A DNA stretch of 64,000 nucleotides from NCBI GenBank assembly GCA_001179505.1, contig CDMY01000061.1, positions 135,887 through 199,886 of the forward strand, read 5' to 3'. Source of the DNA: Vitrella brassicaformis CCMP3155. Its lineage: Eukaryota > Protista > Chromerida. Made by a program: the position numbers and the translations under genes. Of this stretch, positions 27,201-40,300 are shown piece after piece (the first letter of the stretch is position 1; each line of letters opens with the position of its first letter). The notes under the pieces are model-generated. The model ran no database searches. It saw only the letters and a list, made by a program, of their open reading frames with translations, and had not been told where the DNA came from.

Positions 27201-30200
27201 GAACGACACTGCTGCATCGTCTCTCTTGGTGCTCGGCGAGGGCATGGCTGCCGAGATGAGGTAGGCCGCCATGTCCACCGACAGCCGCCTTGACCCACCT
27301 CCTCCACCTGTTGGCGCGTCTGAGCTCCCGTGTGGGAACTGCATGAGCCGCACGGCCGCCTCCACCACCACACACTCGGGCATGGCCGGCCATAGCACCG
27401 GGGTGCTGCTGCTGCTGGTGGCGGCGGTGGTCTCCTTGCTGTCCCTTCTGCTGGTGGTGGTGGTGCTACGGTGGAGTGCCGACGGCGGTGTGCGGTTTTG
27501 GAAGACGATGGCCACTCGTGTGCCGCCCATGCGGAGCCGCGCAGAGGGGATGGAAGGGGGCTGTTGGTGTTTGGGGCTGCCTGTGGGGGGTGGTGGTGTT
27601 GGCTCGAATAGTCGGATGTTGAGAGTGTGTTTGAAGCCGTGGGCGGCGGGCTGCCGGTGAAGGTGCCAACACGCGCTGGAGCCCTGGTCTGCTCACACAC
27701 ACACACACACACACACATGCACACATGGATGAACGGGATGCGTGCAGCGAGACGTGTGTGCATGTGTTGTGTTGCATGTGATGTGTCTGCACATCCTAGG
27801 TGAAGTGAGTACCGTACCCATGGGTACGTTGTCTCTGTTGAAGAAGACTGATGCGGGTGAGGCCTGGATGAGGGACGGCTCGCCCAACACTATGGTGCCG
27901 TCGTCAGACAGCCTGAGCACACCACACCATAAGTGCATCCGGACAGGCCAGACGGATGTAGGCAACGGCCTGCCCACCTGACCTGGTTCTTCCAGCCATG
28001 AGCAGCGGCACGGACGACAGCCCCCTCATGCTGGCAGACACCTCAAACCCATTGGACCTGACCACACACACACACACCCATCCCTCGGTCCACCCATCAA
28101 TGGTCGCTCCCCCAAGACGCGCAGACAGACGTACATTAGCCGCACACTGAAGTGCTCCACGTGAGACGACAGAGGATTCACCACACCGGTCCCTGCCGCT
28201 GCTGCTGCTGCTGCGTCCGTCTCTGTCTGTGTCTGTGTCTGTGTCTGCGTCGGAGCGGTATGTGCGCACGCACCCCCACCGTCGGCATCATCCGCCACCG
28301 CCCGGGCCGCCCGGTGCCACGCCACACGCTGCAGGCTGTCCTGCATCGATGTGGGTGTGGTGCTGTCGTCTGGAGGGGACGACAGCAGGGGCCAAGCCTC
28401 GTCCAGCAACACTTGGAAGAAGAAACCTGATTAACCAACCCGGTTAAGTTGATGGCAGCAGGATGGGATGGGAATGTACTGTACTATACCTCCTCCGAGG
28501 AGGTAGAATGTCTTGAGTGCCTTGATGTGCTCCACCAGACCAGCCGCGTGCAGCAGACGCCATAGACGGTGAGCTACCTGATGCGGACACACACACGCAC
28601 ACACACACACACACACAAAATACACAATACACACACATATCAAGCCGACAAGAACAGGAGAGAGCAACTCGCACGCCCCATGCGCTGTGCGTTCGTTCAC
28701 TCACCGCGGCCCTGAGCGTCTCGACAGTGTCCTCGAGCACTGCTACAGGCGTCATCTCGCCCTTGACGGCCACAGCAAACACATCACGCTAAGGACACAC
28801 ATGCAGACAGACAGGAAGCGAAGCTGATGATGCACACGCTCGCTATAGGCATGCTTGTGTACTGCTGCACCCGACCCGCACCATTTTGTCCAGTGTGGGC
28901 TGTATGTCTCGCATGTCAGTGTGTCGCCAGAGGCCGCTGCGTCGGAGCACCCGCACGGCCTTGCCGATGAACAGCACCTGCAGGGCATTGCAGTCCGTAC
29001 AGGTGGGGGGCGCGGCGCTACAGACATGTTGGTTGGTATCGATGCAGATCCACACACGGATGTACACCTACCTTTTTCGCCGTTGCGATGGAGACGCACG
29101 ACGCCGAGGGGATGGCGTCGTATCGGAGGCCGAACATGTCGTTCCACTCGTAGCGACCGCACTGCACACAACAAACACGACAGACACCACACAGCACAGC
29201 ACACCACAGCAAACCAGATACAACCAAGGCATCATACAGCAGAACACATAGCCTTCCTTCTCTCCCTACCGCCCTCCCCGTCGCACACCTCTTTGCCTAT
29301 CATTTCTCCATTGCCATCGGCCACCATCCCACCATCACCATCACCTCCAGAACCCCCTTTATCGCGGCAGCACCGGACGAAGAACTCTCCGTGTGGGTCG
29401 ACGAGCTCCCCCCGCACCACCCAGGTCACCAGCTGGTACAGCAGCACCTCGCCCACTCCACTGAGCACTGACGCCAGCAGCGGGCGGCAGGGCGAGGGGG
29501 CCGTCCACCAGCCGTCCCATATCGTGTCCAGCAACGCGGCACCTGTGGACGAGGTGGCGGCTCCTCGGTCAGACCAACACACCTGGGGCGTGGCATGGCA
29601 TGGCCAGGGAGGGACGTGTTGTGTGTGGTGTGGATGCTGGTGTGGGTGTATAGGTGTAGGTGTGTGGGTCTCCACTCCATCTGTCCCTCCCTCACCTGTT
29701 GTGCCAGCGATCTGAGTGTCCTGATGGCGTGTGGTTGGTGCTGCAGCGCCACCGATATGTGCGAGAAGGGAAGGAGGGGGTCCTGCATGGCCATGATTGA
29801 TTTCAATGTGTGTACACCTGCCGGCTCTCGGCGATACCCATGCTGTTGTGTGCCTACCTCCAGGTACTGCTGCTCCAGGTCACAGACCTTCCGGTGGTAC
29901 TCACGCAGGTAGGCCCCGATCTGCCGGGCCAGCGCCTGCACATACAGACCGGTGGGGGACACTCCATTTCCCTTGACACACAACCAGGGATAAACTTGAT
30001 CTGGTGGACCACACACAAACACATATTCCATTCATCCATCCATCCATCGGGAGAGCTACCTGCCGCATGTTGATTCTCCTCTGAAGCCTGTGTGGCGGCT
30101 GTGACGAAGCTCTTGAGTGCGGCCACGTCAGCGCCTGTGGCCACGATAGATCCGATGAGCTCGCTCTCGCCCTTGGCCAGCGACTTGACGGCGGGGTTGA

Positions 30201-30276
30201 CGACAAAACACTCGCCCTCTAGCTGAATTAAGTCACCCGGCACGCCCACGACTGCAAACAGAACCTCAGATATCAT
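24204..30276 (-). CDS. TUBGCP4: Gamma-tubulin complex component 4 (Spc97/Spc98 family), many exons, long low-complexity inserts
   Basis: Start MISEVLFAVVGVPG (GCP4: MIHELLLALSGYPG); GLYVQALA...YHRKVCDLEQ, YQLVTWVVRGELVDPHGEFFV, KVLFIGKAV, LKTFYLLGGG, LQYLQQDVIE, DFEDIKRAHDTFL, LAQLLLRLDYNGY. Confidence 0.85.
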
Positions 30277-30459
30277 TTCGCTTGGGGCTGTAGGGCCGCA
30301 GGGTAGGGTTTCAGCAGCAGCGGTTTCAGGAAGCACCCTGGGGTCTTGAGACTGTTTCAGGCCTCGAGGCTGTTTCCCGGCCTCTGTTGATCGCTTTCCA
30401 TCGCCCCCTATCGCTTCGAAAGGTCCTGTGTTGCTTATTTAGCCTATCGCTCGTCAGCC

Positions 30460-31246
30460 ATGGTCGAGACGCGCCCGAGGAAGCAGGGCCCAGAGTTCGA
30501 CATCGGTGAGCCATCGGGAAGGAAGAGAAGGAGTGCACGACGAGAACATGGGATGTGGCAATGGCGTCGTGTGGCGTTGGTGTGGTGCTGTGCTGTGCTG
30601 TCTCTGTGTGTGTGTGTGCAGAGGAGAAGGTGCCCTGCTTCTTCGACCCGAATCACATGGTGCCGAAGAGCAGACTCATGTACGTCCGTAGGCTGACTCA
30701 CTGAATGACTGACTGGCATGGTGTCAGATGTGTGGTGCGTGTGGGCGATGCGATGCGATGTGATGTGATGTGAATATGTGGTATCATGTGGTATGGCTGA
30801 CACTGTGTGGTGTGTGTTGTCTGTGTGCAGGTGGCACTACACCACCAAGTGTCAGGCCTACAAGTACATGAAGAACCAGGTCAAACGGTGCCCATACAAC
30901 GTCCTCCACTGTAAGGAAGTGACGACAGACAGACAGTGACCGGCCGGCGATCCACTCACGCAGACAAGACAAGCAGACAGACAGAAAGGCGTTAAACCCC
31001 CCTCCCCACACCCACACTTGTCCTGCCATGCGCGTGTCATTCCTCTCTCTCTGTCTTTGTGGATGTTGTATGGGTGTGTGCAGTCACACATACCGCCGTC
31101 GAGATGGAGCTGCACAAGCGCACCTGCCCCGACCGGCCCAGGGACCGTTCCAACTACGCCGACACGTTCCAGAACAACACCACCAATGGAAGCACCAATG
31201 GCACCACCAATGGCAACAACAGTGACTGGTGGGTGTGGCTGACACA

Positions 31247-31277
<31 letters not shown>

Positions 31278-32344
31278 CAGATAGAAACCCGCAACAAGTC
31301 AACACACACCCCATATGGGCTGCCTGCCGTCTGTCTTCACGCATGATGTGCATACAGGGGCGATTGGGCCGGCGGCACCCCAAGCACCAACAGCAACGGC
31401 CGTGGCCGAGGCGGTGGTGGCGTGGGCGTGCGTGGGCGGGGCGGCTACCGCGGGGGTCGTGGGGACGGAGGCGGGCCACCTGTGCGCCGTGGCGGTTGGG
31501 ATGATAGCAGTGACGATGAGGAGGCTACCACTCGCGGCCCGCCCAGCATGTATGGGGCGGCCCGGAGTGAGTCGGGCTACGGTGACGGTGGTGCTGGTGA
31601 CGACGAGGGCTACCCCGAGTCGGAGGCCGCCCAGACCGAGTTCCGCACGGCGCAGCAGGAGTTCCGCGGCAGCGATGGCAATAGCTACACCAACGACAAC
31701 AGCTCGCAGTATTCGATCGTGGAGGTCTGCATGGCATTCACTGCCGACACGCAGACTGAATGACACGCGCACATATGCTCCCTCATGGGTGTGTTGTGTC
31801 GATTGGGTGGTGCGTGCAGGAAATTGCCGAGTTGCACGAGAAGGAGAAAGAGCTGCGCCAGAACATCCAGAAGGTCGGTGTGAGAGAGAGACCCCGGGAG
31901 GGAGAGAGGGAGGGAAGGAGGGAGGGAGGGAGGGAGGGAAGAGCCTACAGGCAGGCAGGCAGACTGGCAGACAGCGAGCCGCTCTGCGCATGAATGCACA
32001 TCACATCACATCACATCCCGTGACAGATGGACGTCTGCCTGCCTATGAGTGGCGGAAAGTAAGGTGTGAATGAATGGATTGCTGCAGGTGGAGGCCATGG
32101 AGACGGATGCCGAGTTGGGCGACGTGCTCACTGAGGAGGAGCAGCGTATGGTGGACAGTAAGCACCATACCGACCACCACACACAGAGAAGGGCAGACAG
32201 ACAGACAGGCGCATGTGGCCATCCATGTCTGTGGTGGTACACGCGCGCGTGTCAGGTCGTGGAGAGCTTCAGGAAGAGCTGGACGAGATCACGCGGCGCA
32301 TCCAGATGCTGCAGCTCGGCCAGAGGCAGCAGCGGGCGGGATGA
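30460..32344 (+). CDS. Tandem CHHC (U11-48K/UPF0224) zinc-finger protein, GTSF1-like, with RGG region and C-terminal coiled coil
   Basis: Spliced fingers CFFDPNHMVPKSRLMWHYTTKC and CPYNVLHFTHTAVEMELHKRTCPDR; then GRGRGG...RGRGGYRGG, an acidic region, and EIAELHEKEKELRQ...ELQEELDEITRRIQML. Confidence 0.65.
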
Positions 32345-33096
32345 ACCCGATAGACACACACAGAAATAAGATGCGGCAAACAAGCAACACACACACATAC
32401 ACAAGTGAATGCACCGAAGTAGGTATCGACTGAGGGAGGGAGGGAGGCAGGAGAGAGGGAGGGGGGCAGGGCAGGGCAGGGGCAACCTTGCGGCAGAGCA
32501 GCGACAGCGGTCTCTGTTTGTTGTGTGGGCAAATGACATGCAGTCAGTGACTCACTCACTCACTGTGTGTACACTGATAATTGGCCTGCGGATGGATTGA
32601 TTGATGGATGGGTGGGTGGGTGGATGGGTGGGTGTTGTTGTGGCTGTCTGTCCGTCTGTCTGCCTGCCTTTTCCCCTGTCTGTCGCTTGTATAGCACCAG
32701 GTGTCTGCTTCTCTCTCTGTCCCGTTGGTTGGCTGGTTGGCCGCTGTTGCGATCGATAGATACGATCCACATTTCATCACCACCGGTCCGTTCACTTTTG
32801 ACGGCCTGCCTGCCTGCCTGCCTGGATGGATGGATGGATGGACGCGTTTCCCCGTGTGCTAGTAGCGATATGACCTCGGTGAATGTGATTGTGTGTGGAC
32901 TGCTGCTGCTACTGCTGCTGGTGCCATGAAGGAATCCATCCAGTATATTCAGTCCACCACATGAGAACATACCTACGCATCGCATCCATCGTCCATCCGT
33001 GTGTGCACGAAATCCTCGCCGGCATCTACACAACCGCTACACAAATCTGACTTGCCTGACCTATCGATGACAGACACACCTGTATGTCTGTCTGGA

Positions 33097-34217
33097 CTAC
33101 CCATTGCCGCCGTAGAGCAGTCTGCTGACCATGAGGCAGCTGAAACCACCCCCCACACACGCACCCAGATGGCGGCAATGAGAAGGGTCGAAGTTGACCT
33201 CCACGCAGGCACCCTCTGCTATCCCCACAGCCGGCCGCACCTCGCCCTTGACCCCACTGATTGTTGCAGAGTCGAGCGCCTTGCCGTTGAGACGGAAGGC
33301 AAGCCGAGTAGGGATGTCGGACTGATCAAACGTGCAGGACTGCGCACAACAAACAAACAAGGACACGACCACGTCCATACAAGCCAAGCAGGAAGGAAGA
33401 TTTGCGTGGGGTGGCGGGTGTGAGTGCATATGGGCTTACAATGACGTCGTCAGGTGCGACGGGGATGCCACCCTGCACGCCGAATGCCCTGGCCCAGCTC
33501 ATGACGCCATCGCCAAACCCACCGGCCCCTCTCCCATCTCCATCTGCCGCCAAATTCTCCAGGTAGTCGCCCACGAGCTCCCTCGACACGCCCACGAGAA
33601 TCCTGCCCACCTTGAGCACTCGTACCTCCCAATACACCTTCAAAGAACGGGCCGATCGGTATGCACACAAACACGCGTCAACCCCGTCCATCCATTTGTG
33701 TGGCTTGTGGCACCCAGTGTGTGCACCGGGTAATATGAATGACGGACGGCCCAAGCCCGTACCTTATCCTGGATGATCGGCACATTCGACAACACCACAC
33801 CGCTGCCCCTCGCCACACGGCCGTCCAGCAAGATCTGCGAACCGCGGGCACTGCATGGCATGCATCCAACGAAACACAGCACCAACCAACGAAGACCATG
33901 TTGTGTCAGTCAGTGCGGTATCTCCGCCTGCTGGGATCTTACCCGATGCGCACTACCGAGAGAGCCGATGCGGTGTCCCGGTCCCTCGGTGCTCCTCTGC
34001 GCTGCTGATGGCCATCCCTCCCCTGACCTCCACCGCGCCTGCCGTTTGCTGATGATGGCGGATCCTCCCGCTTGGCTTTCCGTGCTGCTGCTGCCGCCGG
34101 TCTGTCTGCAGATCCTGACCCTGCATCGGTGATGTGCTTGATGAGGGATGTCACTGCCATGGCAGGGACGGAGATGAGCCAGTCGCACCGGCAGCAGTCG
34201 TAGAACGGGGACCACAT
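33097..34217 (-). CDS. SPRY domain protein, SPRYD7-like
   Basis: N-terminus MWSPFYDCCRC; GRVARGSGVVLSNVPIIQDK/VYWEVRV, DDVI/SCTFDQSD, LAFRLNGK, ISGVKGEVRPAV...VEVNF. The 3' end is uncertain. Confidence 0.62.
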
Positions 34218-34516
34218 CACCACCACTATGCCGGATGTGTCAGCGGTGCAATTGCATCATCCAATCCAGAGTGATCTGCAGGGCGGAGAGAAGCGGGCGA
34301 GAGCAGAGAGGACGCGGATTATGTATCCGAAGTCTTTCTTGTTCTACCTTATCGACTCATTCCTCGTTCAGGCTTCGTTGGCGGAAAAACGGACGACTTC
34401 GGTCCCAGGCGCCACCACTGCGAGCTTGAAGAGCCGATCATCCGGCGGCCAGATCAAGCCAGATCTCATCCACTGTCCAGTCGAGTGCTTCTTCCATCAA
34501 CACTCGACTGCTGACG

Positions 34517-36092
34517 ATGGTCCAGCTGCGCATCAAGAAGCGCAGCGGCGCCTACCTCGGTGCCATTGAGCTGCCGGCGACAGCATCCGTCGAGGAGTTC
34601 AAGAAAGAGTTCCACCGCAGATGTGAGCAGAGAGAGAGGCGGGATCAGTCGGGGCATCAACGACACATGACCGATGCTGCCTCTGTGTCTGTGTGTGTGC
34701 TGTGCAGTCAAGTTCTATCCTGAGCGGCAGCGCTTCACAATCGGATCAGGTGCGCCAGCCAGCCAGCCACATGGACAAGGGGTCAGAGGCAACGGCAGAT
34801 CGATCTGGGTGGGTGCATTGGATGTTTGGTGTGTGTTCAGGTAGCGGTCCGGCGTTGAAGGATGGGACGCTGCGCGACAACGGCATTGAGGAGACGGAGG
34901 AGGGCTACCTGCTGTTCTTCAAGGACCTGGGCGTGCAGATCAGCTGGCGGCTCGTGTTCGTCATCGAGTACCTGGGGCCGATTCTCATCTTCCCCATCTT
35001 CTACTGCCTGCCGCAGCTCATCTACGGCCAACCGGCGCCCAACAAGCACCTCATCCAGAAGTGGGGATGGGGATGCAACCATGACGTGCTGGAGGCCATT
35101 TATTGGCGACTTGGGGTCTGTGTGTGTTTGTGCAGGGTTGCGTTTTGTTTGGTGCTGCTTCACTACATGAAGCGGGAGCTGGAGACGCTGTTTGTACACC
35201 GCTTCAGCAACGCCACCATGCCCATCATCAGACTGCCCATCAACTGCCTCCACTACTGGTATGAATGAAGAGCCCACTCACTGATTGCATGACTCACTCG
35301 CGGCACTGCCCGCATCGCATCCATGGCGCGTGTGCGGTGCTTCTTTCGTTCAGGGTGTTGTTCGGCACAAGTGTGGGGTACTACCTCTTCCACCCCAAGT
35401 ACACGGCGCCCGACTGGAGCCCCCAGGCCGTATACATACTTGCCGCACTCATGATGGTCAGCAAGACAGCACCACACGTACACACCAGCGAAAGGCGGCT
35501 GTATGTGTTCTTGTTGGTCAGGTGTGCGAGTTGTTGAATCTCAAGACCCACTTGATCCTCAGGAACCTCAGGCCAAAGGGCACCAAAGCAAGGGGCATTC
35601 CCAAGGTGAAACGGACATCATACTGATGGTCGTCCACACGTCAATGCATTGGCGTGTGTGTTGTGACCGGTCAGGGTTGGGGTTTCCAGCTGGTGTCGTG
35701 CGCCAATTATTTCTTTGAGAGCCTGGCCTGGGTGTTCTTCGCCGTCATGACTGGCACACTCACCGGTCGGCACTCAAGTGACACTGACAGGCAGACCGAC
35801 ATGTGTCGACACAGCCCTTTGCATGTGTACCTTCTCTCTCTGTGTGTGGGCGTGTGTGTCAGGTTGGGTGTTTCTGGCGATAGCGTTCCTCCAGATGGCC
35901 GACTGGGCCATCAAGAAGCACCAGAGATACCAAGCCGAGTTTCCTGACTACCCAAAGTCAGCAGCGAAAGATCTACCTACCCACACAGAGCACACAAACG
36001 TGTTGACCCGTGTTGCTTCCTCTGTACGTGTCTGTGTCACTGCGTGTGTGGCGTGCAGGATCCGCACGGCCATCATTCCCTTCATTCTGTGA
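34517..36092 (+). CDS. TECR: Very-long-chain trans-2,3-enoyl-CoA reductase (TECR/Tsc13) with N-terminal ubiquitin-like domain
   Basis: FKDLGVQISWRLVFVIEYLGP, HYMKRELETLFVHRFSNATMP, HLILRNLRPKG, VSCANYFFESLAW, WAIKKHQRY, RTAIIPFIL*. Confidence 0.92.
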
Positions 36093-36381
36093 GTGGAGAC
36101 TGTAGTGTCGCTCTGCCGCGTGTATGCCAGGAGGGGGCGAATCCGTGAACCCCTCAGTGTCTGTCAGACAGACAGACAGACAGAGAGACAGGGAGGCAGT
36201 CAGGCGGACAGGATTGTGTCACTTTTGTTTTGGCTCGGGCAGTGCGTGTAGCACGTGGACTCTGTGTACCATAGCTGCACGGAAGCGTGTGAACAGGCAC
36301 GCATCATCCGACAAACTGCCCGAAAACTGAGCGAACCCCAATCGTCTCAGCTCGCCGATTACTCAACTTCTACTTGCTCGC

Positions 36382-36536
36382 GAGTCAATTCTGTGGAAAC
36401 GTGAGTGTATCAAGTGAACGAATGGACCTCTATCTGTCTCCATGTCATGCTCGAGCGATTTCGGTGCCATGCATGTGCGTCCGTACCCGAGGGGCATTCT
36501 CTCCGTCCGTCCATTCACTTGGGCGAGTCAGTCAGT
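36382..36536 (+). repeat. Left arm of an inverted repeat pair (right arm 40461-40654)
   Basis: The ~125-bp core caagtgaacgaatggacctctatc...ccattcacttg.gcgagtcagtcagt matches the reverse complement of 40461-40587 with about 4 differences; an outer gagtcaRttctgtggaa block is also shared. Confidence 0.85.
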
Positions 36537-37322
36537 GTCGCCACGTCACATGCATCGTGTGGCCTGTCTGGAGTCTTCCTTCGTCAACACGATGCATGGC
36601 ATGGACGGGCGCTGTGGTATCACCCGCTGACCGGCGAGATTCTCCCAGGAAAAGGGGACGAAGCCCTTTTTTTTAATAGACAGCATTCCCGCCTCGGCCG
36701 TGACACGCCCGGCGCTCTATGCATTCTCCTCTGCCTTTTCTTCCCGCAGCTCGTGTGCGGCTCGTCATTCCCCAGCAGTTCGGGTTTCTCATTTCCGCTC
36801 ATTTCAGCGATAGAACCGCTCGACAAGAGCATAGCGGACTTCTCCCTACGGATACGGCGTGACTTTCTGCACTGTTGCACTGAGACGGCAAGGAAGCGCT
36901 CAAAAGAAACTGTACATACTAAGCCTGGCGACAGCCCAACAGATGGACCAGCTATCGCACCAGCGAACATTCGGGCCCAACAAGACAACATCGATTGATG
37001 CGATGTTCGTCCGTCACGTGGTCAGAATCGCTGCCTACGCTTTATATTCGGCGGATTCTTCACGTCAAATCGACCAATGCGCTGCGCTGTGAAGTACTTT
37101 GAGGAACAAGAGAACCAAACGGAAAAGCAGATCACAAAAAAGGCGCGACGCGCCCGGAGACGCCCCAAAGGACGCCCCCATGGCCAAGGCTCTCTGCCCA
37201 AGTCAACACGGTGACGCCTGTGGAAGACCTGCCCAAGCAGACCCACACGAAAGACGCCGAGGCTCAAGTCACCACCCGATTGTCTCACGAAAAACTTTAA
37301 GACCCCCTCCCCCAGACCAGCA

Positions 37323-40300
37323 ATGGGATCGCTCGAGAAGAGCCGATCAGACTTCTCCACACGGAGCCAGTGTGACATGGAGGTAACGACATCCGACACG
37401 CACTGACACGGGATGGCCAGCGATCAAACGAGACGTACTGATTACGATGGCTGCAATGCAATGCGGCGCTCTCTGTTGCTGTCTGTGCTGATTGCAGATG
37501 TCCCAGTTGTGCTCTGACGCACTGTATGTAGTGAGTCAGACGACACCGGATCAACTGAAGAACCTCATGATACGTAAGCAGACGTCTGGCCCGTCGGTGG
37601 ATGCCCGCAAAGCAAGCATCCCAGTTTTGTCTCTCTCTTGTCAGGTTTCTCGAAGGAAAAGCTGAGCGGCCAGCCGATATCGGCAGGCGCCAGTCCGTCC
37701 GCTTCGTCCTTTCAGACACCGAATGCGTCACCAACACGCCCCAAAGCATCCCAACTCGCCGGTCTCAAGACACCTTCCATCCCTAGTCCACCACACACAG
37801 CAGTCGAGATGATGGACCGAGTCTGGGCCAGCACGCAGGGAGGAATGGGCTCAGGCCCGTCATCGCTCGAGGCCTCACCGGCGAGAAGGGGAGAAGTCAA
37901 GGAGACACAAGATGCTGAGTCCAGCGCGGCACGGACCACAAAGGATGGGGAGGCGAATGCTGTGGTGAGCACAAAGGAAGTTTCGGCCAGTGCGGTGCCA
38001 AAGGTGACAGAAGCGCAAGTCAACACGACAGTGCCATTGGAGAAGCTGCTCAAGCAGACCAACAAAAGGGAAGCAGAGACGAGTGTCGTGCCGAACACAA
38101 AGGAAGCAGAAGCCAATGCCGTTTCGGAAACCGCAGAGGCTCAAGTCAACACGGCAACGGTGGAGACGACAGACGCAGCCGTGATGGCTGAGAGGACAAG
38201 TGAGAGGGAAGGTGCCCTGCACGAGCAGATACGACGGCTCACAGAGGTACAGAAAGGAAAGCGCAGGAAAAGCTTGCAGCCTGCTAGATGAACTTCGGTG
38301 TTTTGGGTTTGTATTGGTCAGAGCGCTAAGGACAGCGAGTCCAAGTACAGGTCGCTTCTGCAGCAACACGAGTCGCTCGAAGTCGAATGCCAGGTACAGA
38401 GACATTAGCTTGTGCGTGTCACATCACACATCTGCACGTGTCGCTTGCTGATTCTTGCAGTCGACTACGGAGACATTGCATCAGATTCGCCGGCAGAAGG
38501 TACTACCAGACAGCGACACAAAGGGCATTCACACAATGTAGCTAAGGCCGGGCCCTGTGTGTGTGTGTTCAGGACGAGGAGATTGCGCGCCTCCAACGAC
38601 TGCTTGAGAGTCAGTCCGTCCGAGCGGACCTCAGGGACGCTCAAGTCACCACGAAAGTGGTGGAGACGACAGACACGGGTGTGATGGCTGAAGCCATCGA
38701 GGGGCTTGGACGAAGGACGAGTGAGAGGGTGGATGCCCTGAAGGAGCAAATACGACGGCTTACCGAGGTACGCGAGGGGACAAACCATGAAAGCTGCCAG
38801 CTCGGCAAGTCTCGATTCGTGCTGGTCTGTGCATTGGACAGAGGGCCGAGCGTTACCGAGAGTTTGGCTGGAAGACGAGAGACGAATATATGTGTCTATC
38901 CATTCACGCCGAGGGGCTTGAAAGGAACAATGCGGTAACATAAGCACGATTCATTCACTCACCAGACAGCTCACCTGCACATCTGTTTCCGGCTGATTGT
39001 TGCCCAGAGTCTGGTTCGCTCCCTTGCCCGCATGCGGGCCATTTGCTCAGATCAGGTAATATAATGACCACCCACGAGTAGATTTGCACAAAAGGAGAGC
39101 GTCACGGCATTCGCTGCGTTGTGTGTCTCTTTCCCTCCCGCTGCCTCCTCCAGGCTATGAAGATTCGCTTGTTTGAGTCGGAGGGAGAGCCCCCGGCATA
39201 CACATACGAGGACGAGATGGACGAGACGCCCTTTGAGTCTCCGCTCCCGTCACCGTCCCGTTCGCCTATCCACACGCCACCACTGCCACCGCTCACAGGC
39301 GCCACACCCAGGGCCGAGGGCAGCATCGAGCCGTTGGACGATCTGCTGCTCCCTGCTCCCCGCTCACCTTCTGACCAGGAGGTCGAAGAAGCTGAGACGA
39401 CCGGAGACAAACAGCCGCAGCCACCGCCTATGGCGACGCAGGCCAGCAACGAGTCCGTGGCTGATCTCCTCGAGTATATACATTCTGTGCTCCGGCCTGC
39501 CCCTTGCGACACCCGACAGGAAAACCAAGCAGCCGCCACGACACTGGATGCCGCAGGAGAAGCGCTCGAGGCCGCAGGAGAGGCAACTCGTCTCGCCGCT
39601 CGCCCTGACAGCCCCTCATTGTATGAGGAGATTGCGGCCGCTGGTGCCGCTGCTGATGTGGAGGGGGGTATGGTGGAGGTGGGCGGTGAGGAAACTGAGA
39701 AGCCCACAGCTCCTCCCTCTCCGCCACAAGAGACGGGCAACAACACCAAGCAAGGAACGCGGCTGGTGAGTGGCATCGCCAACGAGGATGGGACGGGACG
39801 GGCCACGACAGCCACTCTTCGCATGACCGCCCCATCCCCCGCCTGCCACCCGAGGCAAAAGGCCATGCAGTGGAAGCCCTCCCTCCCCTCGGCCTCCCGG
39901 CCTGCCCCTCTGCCGGCCCAGGTAGCGCCAGTCCCAACTGCAGCTGCAGCCCCAGCCCCAGCGCCAGCCCCACCACCCCCACCCCCAGCGTCATCAGGAG
40001 ACCTGAGGGAGAGTGCAGAGGCGGCGAGAGCCAGGGTTACCGTACCGCGCCTCAAGCTGGAGAAGCTGCCCCCACCCGAATTCAGCCCTTGTGCGTCTGC
40101 TGCGGGCAGCCTCGCCTTGTCCGACTCCTCGGTCTCGTCCAGCAATAGCAGCAGCAGTGAGAGTCGGTCCAGCTTGGCGTATAGCGAGTCCCAGTCCTCC
40201 CTCGCCTCGCCGCTTCTCTCGGAGGGTCCGTCGCCGCAGCATTCTGCCCGCCCTTCACACGCGCCCAACCATTCCAGCCTACCGAGCAGCAATGGCAGTG

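Noticed and set aside
27271-27660. + strand ORF with a TM-like LLLLVAAVVSLLSLLLVVVVL stretch
   Set aside because: Antisense of the Thr/Ser-rich GCP4 exon.
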